Source: Caldisericia bacterium
GTDB taxonomy: Bacteria; Caldisericota; Caldisericia; JAAYUI01
Length of the DNA stretch: 64,000 nucleotides
Direction of reading: 5' to 3'
NCBI GenBank assembly: GCA_017999835.1
Contig: JAGNLA010000005.1
Location: 66,263-130,262 of the forward strand
In this document: positions 1-9,395 of the stretch, piece after piece
Layout of the letters: every line of letters starts with the position of its first letter
How positions within the stretch are numbered: position 1 is the stretch's first letter
Program-made: the position numbers and the translations under genes
Notes under the pieces: generated by a model
What the model was told of the DNA's origin: nothing
Database searches by the model: none
What the model saw: only the letters and a program-made list of their open reading frames with translations

Positions 1-2072
1 CGGCAACCATCAGGTTTATCCAAGGCTCAACCCTCTCAGAAACAATCGCCGGACTGGCAACAAACATCACTGCCAGACTCAGATCGAAAGGTCATTCTGC
101 AGGCGAAAGCGTGATGATTCTCCTCCCATCAGAAATCAACGAGAAGTGTCAGGTTGCCATCAACGGCAAAACTGTGGAAAGACCAACTCTTGGAAAAAAA
201 ACCGCCCAATTTGAATTGCCAGAGGCGATTCCATCAGGGTCAATCTGCAGGATATTCATGTCCAATGTCACAAATCCCTTGTCAGGGGATACCATTAAGG
301 TAACCATAGGCAGCAGCTCCTACGAAATCCCCTGGAACGTAAGCCCATATCAGTCAAGATTGAGCATCAGCACCTTCCCTCCGGTGGCAAACAAGCCTTG
401 TTCTTATTATTTCAGGATCACACCTCCTCCAGATCTGCTGGAAGAGGAAAGAAAACAGATAATCATTGAAGGCACCTGGAACAGAATTATCCGCCCAAAA
501 ACAAACAGCGTTACGGTTTACGTCAGGGAAACCCCTTTAAAAGCAGACTTCAGCGATAAAGGCGTGTTAACAATAAACATCGACGAACCCTTCCCAAACA
601 TGAAACCACTGCTCGTTGAGATTCCACAGTTATCAGGCTTCGGTTCTCCTGATTCATCCTCAAGATTCACAGCCACCATCTCTGGCAAACAGATAGAGGC
701 AACATGCAATGTTCAGCCAGGACCACCGGCCGTATCCTACAAGGTCACATCCGCTTCAGGAAAAGACATGTCTGAGGTCGAGAACGGCTGGTTCAATGAA
801 CCGGTCAAACTTTCTGTCTTTACATCCTCTGGCAAATCTAACATCATCCTTTCAGGACTGACCGAGGATATCAAGTCAGAGAAGAGCGATCTGGAAACAA
901 CCTTCAGTGATTCAATCGTTGCAAGGGACATGAAGGCAATCGTCAGCGATGTCGGAGGGATAACAGAAATCCTTCTTCCAATCATCAAAATCGACCTTTC
1001 TGAGCTCACTGTCAAAGTCACCAATCCGTTCGAGAAAACCGGTATATGCCCTACTCAAAACTTAATAATCGGTGTCGAAACGGTTCGGAAGACTATCCCA
1101 ATGGGCAAAGAATTCATGGTCGTTGACCCGGAAATATCTGTTTTTGTCAACGGAGTCCAGGAATCATCGAAAAATTTCCTCTCCAGAATTGAATCTGAAA
1201 AACCAGATTCAAAATACAGCACCGACATCAGCGTCATGCTTAAATACTCAACAAATGATGTCGTCGTCAGAGTTACCGACCAAACAGGCAGATTTGTTGA
1301 AAGCTCGTTTTCAATAAAATTATCCATCAAGCCCATTAAACTTGAACTTGAAGGATCGCAAAACATGATTGTCGACCCCGGCCTGGAGAGGGAAATTGTC
1401 TTTGTTACCGACCCAGAGACGCAGGTCTTTCTTGGCGAACACACTTACAAAGCCGACGCTTCAGGCAAAATCCACGCAAAACTGGACATCAACCCAGGAT
1501 ACAACATTTTCCTGACACAGCTGATTACAAAAGAAAACGTCAGCTATGAAATGCAGATTTACATCATCGGAAGACGACAGATCAGAATGAAATCCGGACA
1601 GAAATACATGACTGTTGACGGCAAGAAAGTCAACCTAAAGGTTCCACCAACAACAATCACCTACAAATTCAAACAGGGCGGAAAGGGCAATGAAACTGTA
1701 AACGTAGCAGTCTCATATGTTCCATTGAGGGTTCTGGCAGAAAATCTGTTCTCAACGGTTTCCTATAACTCCACAACACAGGTTGCCACAATAGTCCAAA
1801 AGAGACCCGACAAAGAACAGAAGATCGAACTGACGGTCAACGCGACCTGGGCGCTTGTTAATGGCGAGACAGTTCAAATCAATAAAGACTATCCAATCCC
1901 CACAATCGTTAAAGATGGAAACTTCATGCTCCCTCTTCGTTTCGCATCCGAACAACTCGGTTCACTTGTTGGTTTTGACAACAATACCAAAGAAATTACA
2001 ATCACATGGCCTGACGAGAAGAACCAAGACAACAAAACTGGAACAGTCCCTGGCACAGGCAAAAAACCTTGA
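1..2072 (+). CDS. 5'-partial secreted surface protein ending in two tandem CuAO-N-like domains
   Basis: Reading frame stays open from base 3 with no stop before the listed start at 111, and no signal peptide at that start, so the gene begins upstream of the window. C-terminus carries two VPLR(F/V)..E.LG..V..D.....ITI motifs typical of the CuAO N-terminal (PF07833-like) domain. Confidence 0.6.
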   Translation, partial: ATIRFIQGSTLSETIAGLATNITARLRSKGHSAGESVMILLPSEINEKCQVAINGKTVERPTLGKKTAQFELPEAIPSGSICRIFMSNVTNPLSGDTIKVTIGSSSYEIPWNVSPYQSRLSISTFPPVANKPCSYYFRITPPPDLLEEERKQIIIEGTWNRIIRPKTNSVTVYVRETPLKADFSDKGVLTINIDEPFPNMKPLLVEIPQLSGFGSPDSSSRFTATISGKQIEATCNVQPGPPAVSYKVTSASGKDMSEVENGWFNEPVKLSVFTSSGKSNIILSGLTEDIKSEKSDLETTFSDSIVARDMKAIVSDVGGITEILLPIIKIDLSELTVKVTNPFEKTGICPTQNLIIGVETVRKTIPMGKEFMVVDPEISVFVNGVQESSKNFLSRIESEKPDSKYSTDISVMLKYSTNDVVVRVTDQTGRFVESSFSIKLSIKPIKLELEGSQNMIVDPGLEREIVFVTDPETQVFLGEHTYKADASGKIHAKLDINPGYNIFLTQLITKENVSYEMQIYIIGRRQIRMKSGQKYMTVDGKKVNLKVPPTTITYKFKQGGKGNETVNVAVSYVPLRVLAENLFSTVSYNSTTQVATIVQKRPDKEQKIELTVNATWALVNGETVQINKDYPIPTIVKDGNFMLPLRFASEQLGSLVGFDNNTKEITITWPDEKNQDNKTGTVPGTGKKP

Positions 2073-2114
2073 GCCATGTTTACAAATCAAAGGTAGGAAA
2101 ATATCATATCAGCA

Positions 2115-3671
2115 ATGACACAGGATTTTGAACTAGAAGGTTTCCTAGCAGTAATACCTGACAACATAAGACAGAAGCTCATCGATTCAGGGAATTTTGA
2201 TACCCTGTATGAGGTGGTGCTTGACCTTGGAAGACCACCTGAAGCCAGGTATAAAGACGGCACGGTTTATCTTTCCGAGCAGGCAGTCACCTTTTTTGAC
2301 ATCGAGTGGGTGATTGGACGAGTCAGGGAGTTTGACCGTGACAATCGTTCCGGTATCGAGCGAACACTCCACAGAATCTCAGCCATCCAAAACCGAAGTG
2401 GTCGAATCATTGGCCTCACCCTTCGATATGGACGAGCAATTCAAGGTGTTATCAATGTAATACGCGATTTCTTTGAGTCAGGCAGATCGGTTCTCATTGT
2501 TGGTCGCCCAGGCGTTGGCAAAACCACCATCATGAGGGAAGCGGCCAGAGTGCTGTCGACCGAAATGGGCAAAAGGGTCATAATCGTTGACACCAGCAAC
2601 GAAATCGCCGGTGATGGCGACATCCCTCACCACGGCATCGGCAGAGCCAGACGCATGCAGGTTCCAAAACATGTTGAACAGCACACAGTCATGATTCAGG
2701 CTGTTGAAAACCACATGCCTGAGGTCATCGTCATCGACGAAATCGGCACCGAGGAAGAGGCAGCAGCCTGTAGAACCATTGCCGAAAGAGGCGTCCAGCT
2801 TGTTGGCACAGCTCATGGAAACAGCATCTCTAATCTTCTTTTAAACCCGACTCTTTCAGATCTTCTCGGTGGCATCAACTCCGTCGTGCTCAGTGATGAA
2901 GAGGCTTTCAGGCGTGGAACCCAGAAAACCGTGCTCGAGCGTACCCAGCCACCAACCTTCGACGTGCTCATCGAAATCCGTGAACGTGGCAAGTTTGCCA
3001 TCTACCCCGATATTGACGAGGCTGTTGACCGCTACCTTCGTGACACCACGCTCAAACCAGAGCTTCGAACCCAGAAGGAAGACGGCACCTACGAAACCCA
3101 ATATGAAGAGCTCAAGACCAACAAAGATAGCTTTGAAGAGGTCTTTCTGGCCCATGAGCCAAAAGAAACTCCCAAAGACAAATATCAGGAGGATGTCATC
3201 GACATCTTCCCGTTCGGCATCTCCAGAGACTACATCGAACGCGCTGCCAGAGCTCTTCGCGTGAGAGTTGGTATATCTCGAAGATTATCAGAATCAGACA
3301 TGGTTTTGACCACAATAAACTACGAGCAGAAACGCCCACAGGCAATACTTGAGGCAAAAACACTGGAGATTCCGGTTTATGCCATCGCCCAAAACTCCTT
3401 AAGCCAGGTCAAGCGTTTCCTGCGAGGCGTTCAGTCAAGCTCCCCAGACGAAGCAGAAGTCCAGGTAATTCCGAACAACGCCATCGAAACCGTGCTTCGT
3501 GAAAACCAGACGGTCAGGCTGCCGCCTGCACCGCCAAAAGTAAGAAGATTCCAGCACAAGACGGCCGAAAGATTCGGTCTTGTCACATCAAGCATAGGCG
3601 AGGAACCAAACCGTTCCGTGGTCATACACCCGCCCAAATTCCAGGAGGTTACAGAAGATGAGAATCAGTAA
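2115..3671 (+). CDS. P-loop AAA-type ATPase, SpoIIIAA/Ycf45-like
   Basis: Walker A GRPGVGKTT, Walker B VIVIDEIG and TAHG motifs; 518 aa. Its 3' end overlaps proS by 14 nt. Confidence 0.5.
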   Translation: MTQDFELEGFLAVIPDNIRQKLIDSGNFDTLYEVVLDLGRPPEARYKDGTVYLSEQAVTFFDIEWVIGRVREFDRDNRSGIERTLHRISAIQNRSGRIIGLTLRYGRAIQGVINVIRDFFESGRSVLIVGRPGVGKTTIMREAARVLSTEMGKRVIIVDTSNEIAGDGDIPHHGIGRARRMQVPKHVEQHTVMIQAVENHMPEVIVIDEIGTEEEAAACRTIAERGVQLVGTAHGNSISNLLLNPTLSDLLGGINSVVLSDEEAFRRGTQKTVLERTQPPTFDVLIEIRERGKFAIYPDIDEAVDRYLRDTTLKPELRTQKEDGTYETQYEELKTNKDSFEEVFLAHEPKETPKDKYQEDVIDIFPFGISRDYIERAARALRVRVGISRRLSESDMVLTTINYEQKRPQAILEAKTLEIPVYAIAQNSLSQVKRFLRGVQSSSPDEAEVQVIPNNAIETVLRENQTVRLPPAPPKVRRFQHKTAERFGLVTSSIGEEPNRSVVIHPPKFQEVTEDENQ

Positions 3672-5361
3672 GTATCTAGCACCAACACTCAGAGAAGACC
3701 CGGTCGAGGCAGAAGCGCCAAGCCACAAGCTGATGCTTCGCGCAGGTTACATCAGAAAACTTGCCGCAGGCATGTACACCATGCTCCCGCTTGGGTTTAG
3801 GGTGCAGGAAAAGATAAAAAAAATCGTACGTGAAGAGATGGACAGAATCGGTTGCCAGGAAGTCGTTTTCCCGATAATCCTTCCGGCAGAGGTCTGGATG
3901 GAGTCAGGCAGATGGTTCCAGTACGGTGACGAGATGTTCAGAGTTAAAGATCGCAAAGGCCGCGATTTCTGCCTTGGGCCAACACACGAGGAAACTGTAA
4001 CCTATCACGTTAAAAACGAGGTCAAATCATATCGTCAGCTCCCGATGATGATCTACCAGATTCAGTTAAAATATCGTGATGAGACCAGACCCAGATACGG
4101 AGTCATCCGATCAAGGGAATTCCTCATGAAAGACATGTATAGTTTTGACAAGGATGAAGAAGGACTCAATTCTTCCTACAAACTTGCTTTTGGCGCATAT
4201 TGCAAGATACTTGAAAGGCTCTCAGTTGACTATGTGCCAGTGGAAGCAGACACCGGACTCATCGGTGGCTCAAGCTCACACGAATTCGTTGTTGACGCTG
4301 ACAACGGTGAATGCAGGTACGCCAGGTGTCCAGCCTGTAATTATGCTGCAAACGTTGAAGTGGCAAAAGCTGGCAAGAGAAATCTTCCGGCAGGCAGCGA
4401 TTCCGAAATGAAACTCGTTGACACTCCAAACCAGAAGACAATAGAAGAAGTTGCAAAGTTCCTCAAACTCCCAGGGCACCAGCTCATCAAGTCGATGATC
4501 TACAAGGCTGACGACAGGTTTGTCATGGTCTGCCTGCGTGGTGACGACGAAATAGCTGAGCCAAAACTCCAGAAGGTTTTGGGTGCAAAGAGTCTCGATC
4601 TGGCCACGCCAGAGGACACTGAAAAGGTCACCGGCACAGTTGTCGGATTTGCCGGACCTGTCGGTTTCAAGGGATTTATCCTTGCCGACAACGAACTTAT
4701 TGGCACCAAGGACATGGTCTGCGGTGGACTTGCCAAGGACAAGCACTATGCTGGCGTCAGTCACGAACGTGACTGGAAGCAGTCAGCCTATGGCGATGTC
4801 CGCGAAGCAAAAAATGGTGACAGTTGCCCGCATTGCGGACAGACCATGACTGTCAAGACAGGCCTTGAAGTTGGTCATTGTTTCAGGCTTGGCACAAAGT
4901 ACTCAGGTGCGATGAACGCAACCTTTCTCGATGAAGAAGGCAAGGAAAAACCGTTCATCATGGGCTGCTATGGCTTCGGAGTTTCCAGGGCGATAGCCTC
5001 CATTATCGAACAGCACCACGACGAGGACGGCATCTGCTGGCCAACGCAGATTGCGCCGTTTACGGCAATCGTTATCCCGACAAACGTTGCCGACCCGGTT
5101 GTCTCGGAGAATGCCGAGAAACTGTACAAAGACCTGCAAGAGGCAGGCATTGAGACCTTGATTGACGACCGCGACGATAGACCTGGTGTCAAGTTCAAGG
5201 ATGCTGACTTGATGGGCTTCCCGCTCAAGATAACAGTCGGCAAGAAGATTACGGAAGGATTGGTCGAGATAAAGACCAGAAGAACTAAAGAGATGTCACT
5301 TGTGGCAGTCAATGATGTTGTAAGTTTTGTCAAGGATTTCGTTAAAAAAGAAACGAAATGA
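3658..5361 (+). CDS. proS: Prolyl-tRNA synthetase, bacterial type with editing insertion
   Basis: N-terminus MRISKYLAPTLREDP..HKLMLRAGYIRKLAAGMYTMLPLG matches the ProS signature, and the protein is a class II aaRS with a Zn-binding C-terminus. Confidence 0.9.
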   Translation: MRISKYLAPTLREDPVEAEAPSHKLMLRAGYIRKLAAGMYTMLPLGFRVQEKIKKIVREEMDRIGCQEVVFPIILPAEVWMESGRWFQYGDEMFRVKDRKGRDFCLGPTHEETVTYHVKNEVKSYRQLPMMIYQIQLKYRDETRPRYGVIRSREFLMKDMYSFDKDEEGLNSSYKLAFGAYCKILERLSVDYVPVEADTGLIGGSSSHEFVVDADNGECRYARCPACNYAANVEVAKAGKRNLPAGSDSEMKLVDTPNQKTIEEVAKFLKLPGHQLIKSMIYKADDRFVMVCLRGDDEIAEPKLQKVLGAKSLDLATPEDTEKVTGTVVGFAGPVGFKGFILADNELIGTKDMVCGGLAKDKHYAGVSHERDWKQSAYGDVREAKNGDSCPHCGQTMTVKTGLEVGHCFRLGTKYSGAMNATFLDEEGKEKPFIMGCYGFGVSRAIASIIEQHHDEDGICWPTQIAPFTAIVIPTNVADPVVSENAEKLYKDLQEAGIETLIDDRDDRPGVKFKDADLMGFPLKITVGKKITEGLVEIKTRRTKEMSLVAVNDVVSFVKDFVKKETK

Positions 5362-5453
5362 CAAGGAGAAGGGTCTAAGGAAATACAGACCTAAGAAACC
5401 AGCATGAAAGTCTGGTTTACCCCATCAAACCGGGGTGTTTCGCAAGGAGAAAA

Positions 5454-6773
5454 ATGAAAACAGCGGCAATAATGCCAGCATACAACGAAGAGGTCGGGAT
5501 ATCCGACGTTTTGAAGGCAGTGACATCTGCAAAGTTAATAGATGAAATTATCGTTATTTCAGACGGTTCAACAGACAGAACAGTCGAGATAGCAAAATCA
5601 TTTGAAAGAGCTCAGGTTTTTGAACAGAACCCAAACAAGGGCAAGGCAGCAGCCATGCACCTTGGCGTCTCAAAAACCGATGCTGATGTTCTACTTTTCA
5701 TCGACTGCGACCTCATCAACCTTTCACCAGAAATGGTCGATGCACTTGTCAAACCAATTATCGACGACACAGCCGACGTCACCATGGGCATTTTCCAGGG
5801 TGGCAAGTTCTCAACCGACTGGGCTCAAAAAACATTCCCGTTCCTCACAGGTCAGCGTGGAATGAAGCGCGAGGTTTGGGACGGCGCCGACATCGACGTC
5901 AGCAGCGGTTATGCCGTTGAAGTCCACCTCACCAAGTACATGGCAAAGGAAAACCTCAGGGTTGAAAACGTAATTCTCACCGGTTGCTCCCAGTATCTCA
6001 AAGAACAAAAGACAAAAGGCAAGGTTCTCGAGGGTTTTGGCAGAAGAGTCAAAATGACATGGGAAATCGCAAAAGCACTTTTCATGCCAGACTTCGACGA
6101 CATCGCTGAAATCTTTGCCCCGAAAAAGAGACACGAAGACCGTGACTCAAACGGTGGCGACAGAGACAGAAGACCACGCTACAATCGTGACGGCGGAGAC
6201 AGACCAAGATACAGCCGCGATGGTGGCGACAGACCACGTTACAACCGTGACGGTGGAGACAGAGACAGAAGGCCAAGAGGAAGTTTTGGTGGTGGAAAAC
6301 CTTGGGTAGCAGATTCTGAATTCAACAAATCATGGCGCGACAGACGCGATGATGAACGAAGAGACAGGAAACCAAGATCTGAAGACGACGTTGAAGGCGG
6401 AGAAGAAAAATCCGGTGACGACGGCGAGCGTCGTCCACCAAGAAGAGAAGGTGGATTTAGACCAAGGCACGAAGGTGGAGATGGCGGTTTCAGGAGAAGC
6501 TACGACAAGCCAAGATTCTCAAGAGATGGCGACTCAGGCGACAGGCCTCCAAGACGCGACTACGGGGACAGACCACCAAGACGTGAAGGTGGTGGCGGTT
6601 TCTTTGGCAAGCGTGAAGGCGGAGACAGAAAGCCGTTCTTTGGCAGACCATCAGGAGATGGCGAGCGCAGGGGTGGTTTCGGTGAACGCAGAGGTGGATT
6701 TGGCAAGCCAAGAAGCTTTGGCTCAGACAGACCTCCATTTGGCGACAGAAAACCAAGACCACCAAGAGACTAA
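5454..6773 (+). CDS. Family 2 glycosyltransferase fused to a ~220 aa Arg/Gly/Asp-rich low-complexity tail
   Basis: N-terminal MPAYNEE..ISDGSTD..FIDCDL is a GT2 fold. The C-terminus has RDGGDRPRY and RRGGFGE repeats. Confidence 0.75.
   Translation: MKTAAIMPAYNEEVGISDVLKAVTSAKLIDEIIVISDGSTDRTVEIAKSFERAQVFEQNPNKGKAAAMHLGVSKTDADVLLFIDCDLINLSPEMVDALVKPIIDDTADVTMGIFQGGKFSTDWAQKTFPFLTGQRGMKREVWDGADIDVSSGYAVEVHLTKYMAKENLRVENVILTGCSQYLKEQKTKGKVLEGFGRRVKMTWEIAKALFMPDFDDIAEIFAPKKRHEDRDSNGGDRDRRPRYNRDGGDRPRYSRDGGDRPRYNRDGGDRDRRPRGSFGGGKPWVADSEFNKSWRDRRDDERRDRKPRSEDDVEGGEEKSGDDGERRPPRREGGFRPRHEGGDGGFRRSYDKPRFSRDGDSGDRPPRRDYGDRPPRREGGGGFFGKREGGDRKPFFGRPSGDGERRGGFGERRGGFGKPRSFGSDRPPFGDRKPRPPRD
6150..6270 (+). 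repeat. About four imperfect 30-nt in-frame tandem repeats encoding RDGGDRPRY(N/S)
   Basis: Direct reading shows cgtgacggcggagacagaccaagatacagc followed by cgcgatggtggcgacagaccacgttacaac and so on. Confidence 0.6.
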
Positions 6774-6800
6774 AGACTAAAGGAAATTTAAGGGATTATG

Positions 6801-6840
6801 GCTGGCAGGTTTAACCTTGCCAGCTAAAATCCATTTTGGT
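6801..6840 (+). terminator. Possible hairpin terminator after the GT2 gene
   Basis: gctggcagg-tttaa-ccttgccagc stem, followed by only a weak T tract. Confidence 0.3.
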
Positions 6841-6870
6841 TAATAAAAACAATTCAAGGAGTCACACACA

Positions 6871-8238
6871 ATGAAGATAGGCATCATCGGAGCAGGTTCA
6901 GGCGGATACGTTGCAGCACTTCGCGCAGCTCAGCTTGGCGCACAGGTCACACTTTTTGAAGAAAAGTGGATCGGCGGCACATGCCTAAACGTCGGTTGCA
7001 TCCCGACCAAAGCCCTCATTGCAGGACTCCACAACGCAAGGATAGCAAAAGATTCAGCAGCCCTGGGCGTTGAGATAGACAACATCAAAATCAATCTTGC
7101 CACACTTCAAAAGCACAAAGCCTCGGTTGTCGGTCAGAACGTCAAAGGAATCGAATATCTTTTAAACAAGCGCGGTGTCCACACCATCTCAGAGCATGCA
7201 ACACTCCTGCCTGGAAAAAAAGTTTCTACACCATCAGGCGAGTTTGAATTTGATAAAATCATCATCGCGACCGGCTCCAAGCCTGCGTGCATTCCTGGCG
7301 TCAAAATTGACGGTCAGTACATCCTCACCTCTGACCATCTTCTCGATGTCGCCGAACCACCAAAAACCATGCTCATTGTTGGCGGTGGAGTCATTGGTCT
7401 CGAGTTTGCCGGCATCATGAGCGAGCTTGGCACCAAGGTAACGGTTGTCGAGTGGCTCGACAGGCTCCTGCCAATCGAGGACACTGAATGCTCCAGGATC
7501 GCCCAAAAGTTTGTGGCAAAGCACGACATCGAAGCCCTCACGCAAACCAAGGTTTCCTCGCTGTTCCGCGATGGCATGGAAGTTGAGGCAACGCTTGAAC
7601 ACGGCGCAAACAAGGAAGTCAGGAGATTCTCCAAGGCTCTCATGTCGGTCGGTCGCGCACCAAACCTTGACGAAAACGACCTTGCCACATGCGGCATCAA
7701 CTTTGACCGCAAAGGCATAAAAGTCGACGAATTCATGCAGACAAACGTCGAAGGCATTTATGCAATCGGCGACTGTATCGGTGGATACATGCTTGCCCAC
7801 GTTGCCTATGCCCACGCAAAAGTGGCGGTCAACCACGCAATGGGCGAAGAAGAACCGCTTCCGATGTGCTACGATGCAATCCCAAGAGTAACATTTACCG
7901 ACCCAGAAATCGCAGCGTGCGGACTCACAGACCTCCAGCTCGAGGAGCAGGGCATTGCAGTCACCTGGTCAAAGTTTGCCTACATGGCATCCGGCCGCGC
8001 AAAAGCACAGGGAATAAAAGACGGATACTTCAAAATCGGCGTTGACGAGGAAGGAATCATCCGTTCAGCCATCATCACCGGCGAAGGCGCCGGCGAGATG
8101 ATCGCTTTCTTCTCCCAGGCAATCACGTTCCAGACGTCGGTTTACGAGCTCGAGGAAGTCATCATCGCCCACCCGACCATGTCGGAGATGTGCATCGAGG
8201 TTGTCGAGACTGCCGCAGGGCACCCGCTCCACAGCTGA
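6871..8238 (+). CDS. lpdA: Dihydrolipoyl dehydrogenase-type FAD/NAD disulfide oxidoreductase
   Basis: GxGxxG FAD site, redox-active GGTCLNVGCIPTK and C-terminal HAHPTMSE dimer/active-site motif. Confidence 0.8.
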   Translation: MKIGIIGAGSGGYVAALRAAQLGAQVTLFEEKWIGGTCLNVGCIPTKALIAGLHNARIAKDSAALGVEIDNIKINLATLQKHKASVVGQNVKGIEYLLNKRGVHTISEHATLLPGKKVSTPSGEFEFDKIIIATGSKPACIPGVKIDGQYILTSDHLLDVAEPPKTMLIVGGGVIGLEFAGIMSELGTKVTVVEWLDRLLPIEDTECSRIAQKFVAKHDIEALTQTKVSSLFRDGMEVEATLEHGANKEVRRFSKALMSVGRAPNLDENDLATCGINFDRKGIKVDEFMQTNVEGIYAIGDCIGGYMLAHVAYAHAKVAVNHAMGEEEPLPMCYDAIPRVTFTDPEIAACGLTDLQLEEQGIAVTWSKFAYMASGRAKAQGIKDGYFKIGVDEEGIIRSAIITGEGAGEMIAFFSQAITFQTSVYELEEVIIAHPTMSEMCIEVVETAAGHPLHS

Positions 8239-8314
8239 TTTTTTCACCTTTTTTGGATTTGACATTAATTCTTAAATGGACTAGAATCCGATTACCTCAG
8301 AAATCGGAGGATGA

Positions 8315-8476
8315 ATGGACAAAAAGAAGAAATTGCCAAAGAAAGTGGAAACCAGCCAGGACATCAAGGTAGAGCAGGAAAACGACATCCCTGAAGTTCG
8401 TGACGACCACAGCCTGGCAAACAAAGTCATCTACAACAATTATGAAGTGTTCCTTTGGAACCAGTGCCATTGGTAG
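8315..8476 (+). CDS. Candidate small protein (53 aa) missing from the ORF track
   Basis: ATG lies 4 nt after a GGAGGA motif and opens a 53-codon ORF (MDKKKKLPKKVETSQDIKVEQ...NQCHW). It has no recognisable homology. Confidence 0.3.
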   Translation: MDKKKKLPKKVETSQDIKVEQENDIPEVRDDHSLANKVIYNNYEVFLWNQCHW

Positions 8477-8566
8477 GAAAAGTAATCCACCACAATACCA
8501 TTAATTAAATTAATTATCAAGTTGATGAATATTCCAAAGTCATTTTTGAATCCTTTCGAAAATATC

Positions 8567-9127
8567 TTATTTGTTTGACATTCTCTCTAGAATCAATTTG
8601 ATATCGGTAAGTAAAATGGTTATATTAGCTTCATCATAATCGGACGGCATTGAGTTTAATATTGAGCTTAATATTTCATTAGTGTTATTAATATTTGTGT
8701 TAATATCGCCAATAACATCATAGATGTTTCTTGATGTTTCGCTTATCTTATCAACAGCTTTATTGGATTCAATGATTGAGTCTTTGGCATCAGATACTAG
8801 ATCCTTTACTTCTATAATAGGATCTTTTATCTCATCGATGCTTTCTTTGATACCGTCAATAATATCCTTTATTCCATCTAGAGTCTCTTTCATTTCTGAA
8901 AAATTACTATTTAGCTCATCTCGAAGGGAACCATAATGTTCGCCATTAATTTCACTTAGTTTTTCTTTTATATCATCAAGACTTCCCTGAATTTCACTTA
9001 ACGAACTTTCGATCTCGCTTAAATCTATATCAATATCCATATCTTCCTCCTCGTCTTCATCGACTGAATTACTTGAGCAACTACTTTCTTCGTTTTCGCT
9101 GTCTTCATCTGTGTCTTCGTCCCACAC
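8567..9127 (-). CDS. Hyper-acidic coiled-coil protein encoded in a low-GC island
   Basis: 186 aa, very rich in D/E/I/S, with repeated (D/E)xIKDxI heptad-like motifs and no signal peptide. Local GC is visibly lower than the flanks. Confidence 0.5.
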   Translation of the reverse strand: MWDEDTDEDSENEESSCSSNSVDEDEEEDMDIDIDLSEIESSLSEIQGSLDDIKEKLSEINGEHYGSLRDELNSNFSEMKETLDGIKDIIDGIKESIDEIKDPIIEVKDLVSDAKDSIIESNKAVDKISETSRNIYDVIGDINTNINNTNEILSSILNSMPSDYDEANITILLTDIKLILERMSNK

Positions 9128-9395
9128 GCCAACTCCTTTACGTTATTATTAGATACATTAATGTTAAATCACAATAGATATTTATATATTTATTGTTAAT
9201 GCTAGAAAAATTTATTTATTACGAATAAAAGAGCAATGAATAAATTTATATTGTATTAATCATAATTAGTAAATAATAAAGAAAGAATCTTTATTAAATT
9301 CGACATTTTCACAAAACTGTCATAATTTTTGTCACCGGAAACCTGACTGCCGGCTGTTGACTTTTTTTCAATTTTGGATGAAAATTTCATCATAC

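Noticed and set aside
518-1444. Antisense ORFs (518..709, 737..1024, 1055..1444 and others) inside the first large gene
   Set aside because: They lie entirely within a longer, domain-supported ORF on the opposite strand. This is the typical shadow-ORF pattern, and the same applies to the many other short overlapping ORFs in the track.
5362-5453. Hairpins after proS (aaaccag-catgaaagt-ctggttt) as a terminator
   Set aside because: There is no following T tract, so it is weak. It may be a stabilising stem, or nothing.
6115-6780. Alternative-frame ORFs 6115..6309 and 6349..6780 in the GT2 tail
   Set aside because: They are produced by the repetitive low-complexity DNA, and the main frame is continuous with the GT2 domain.
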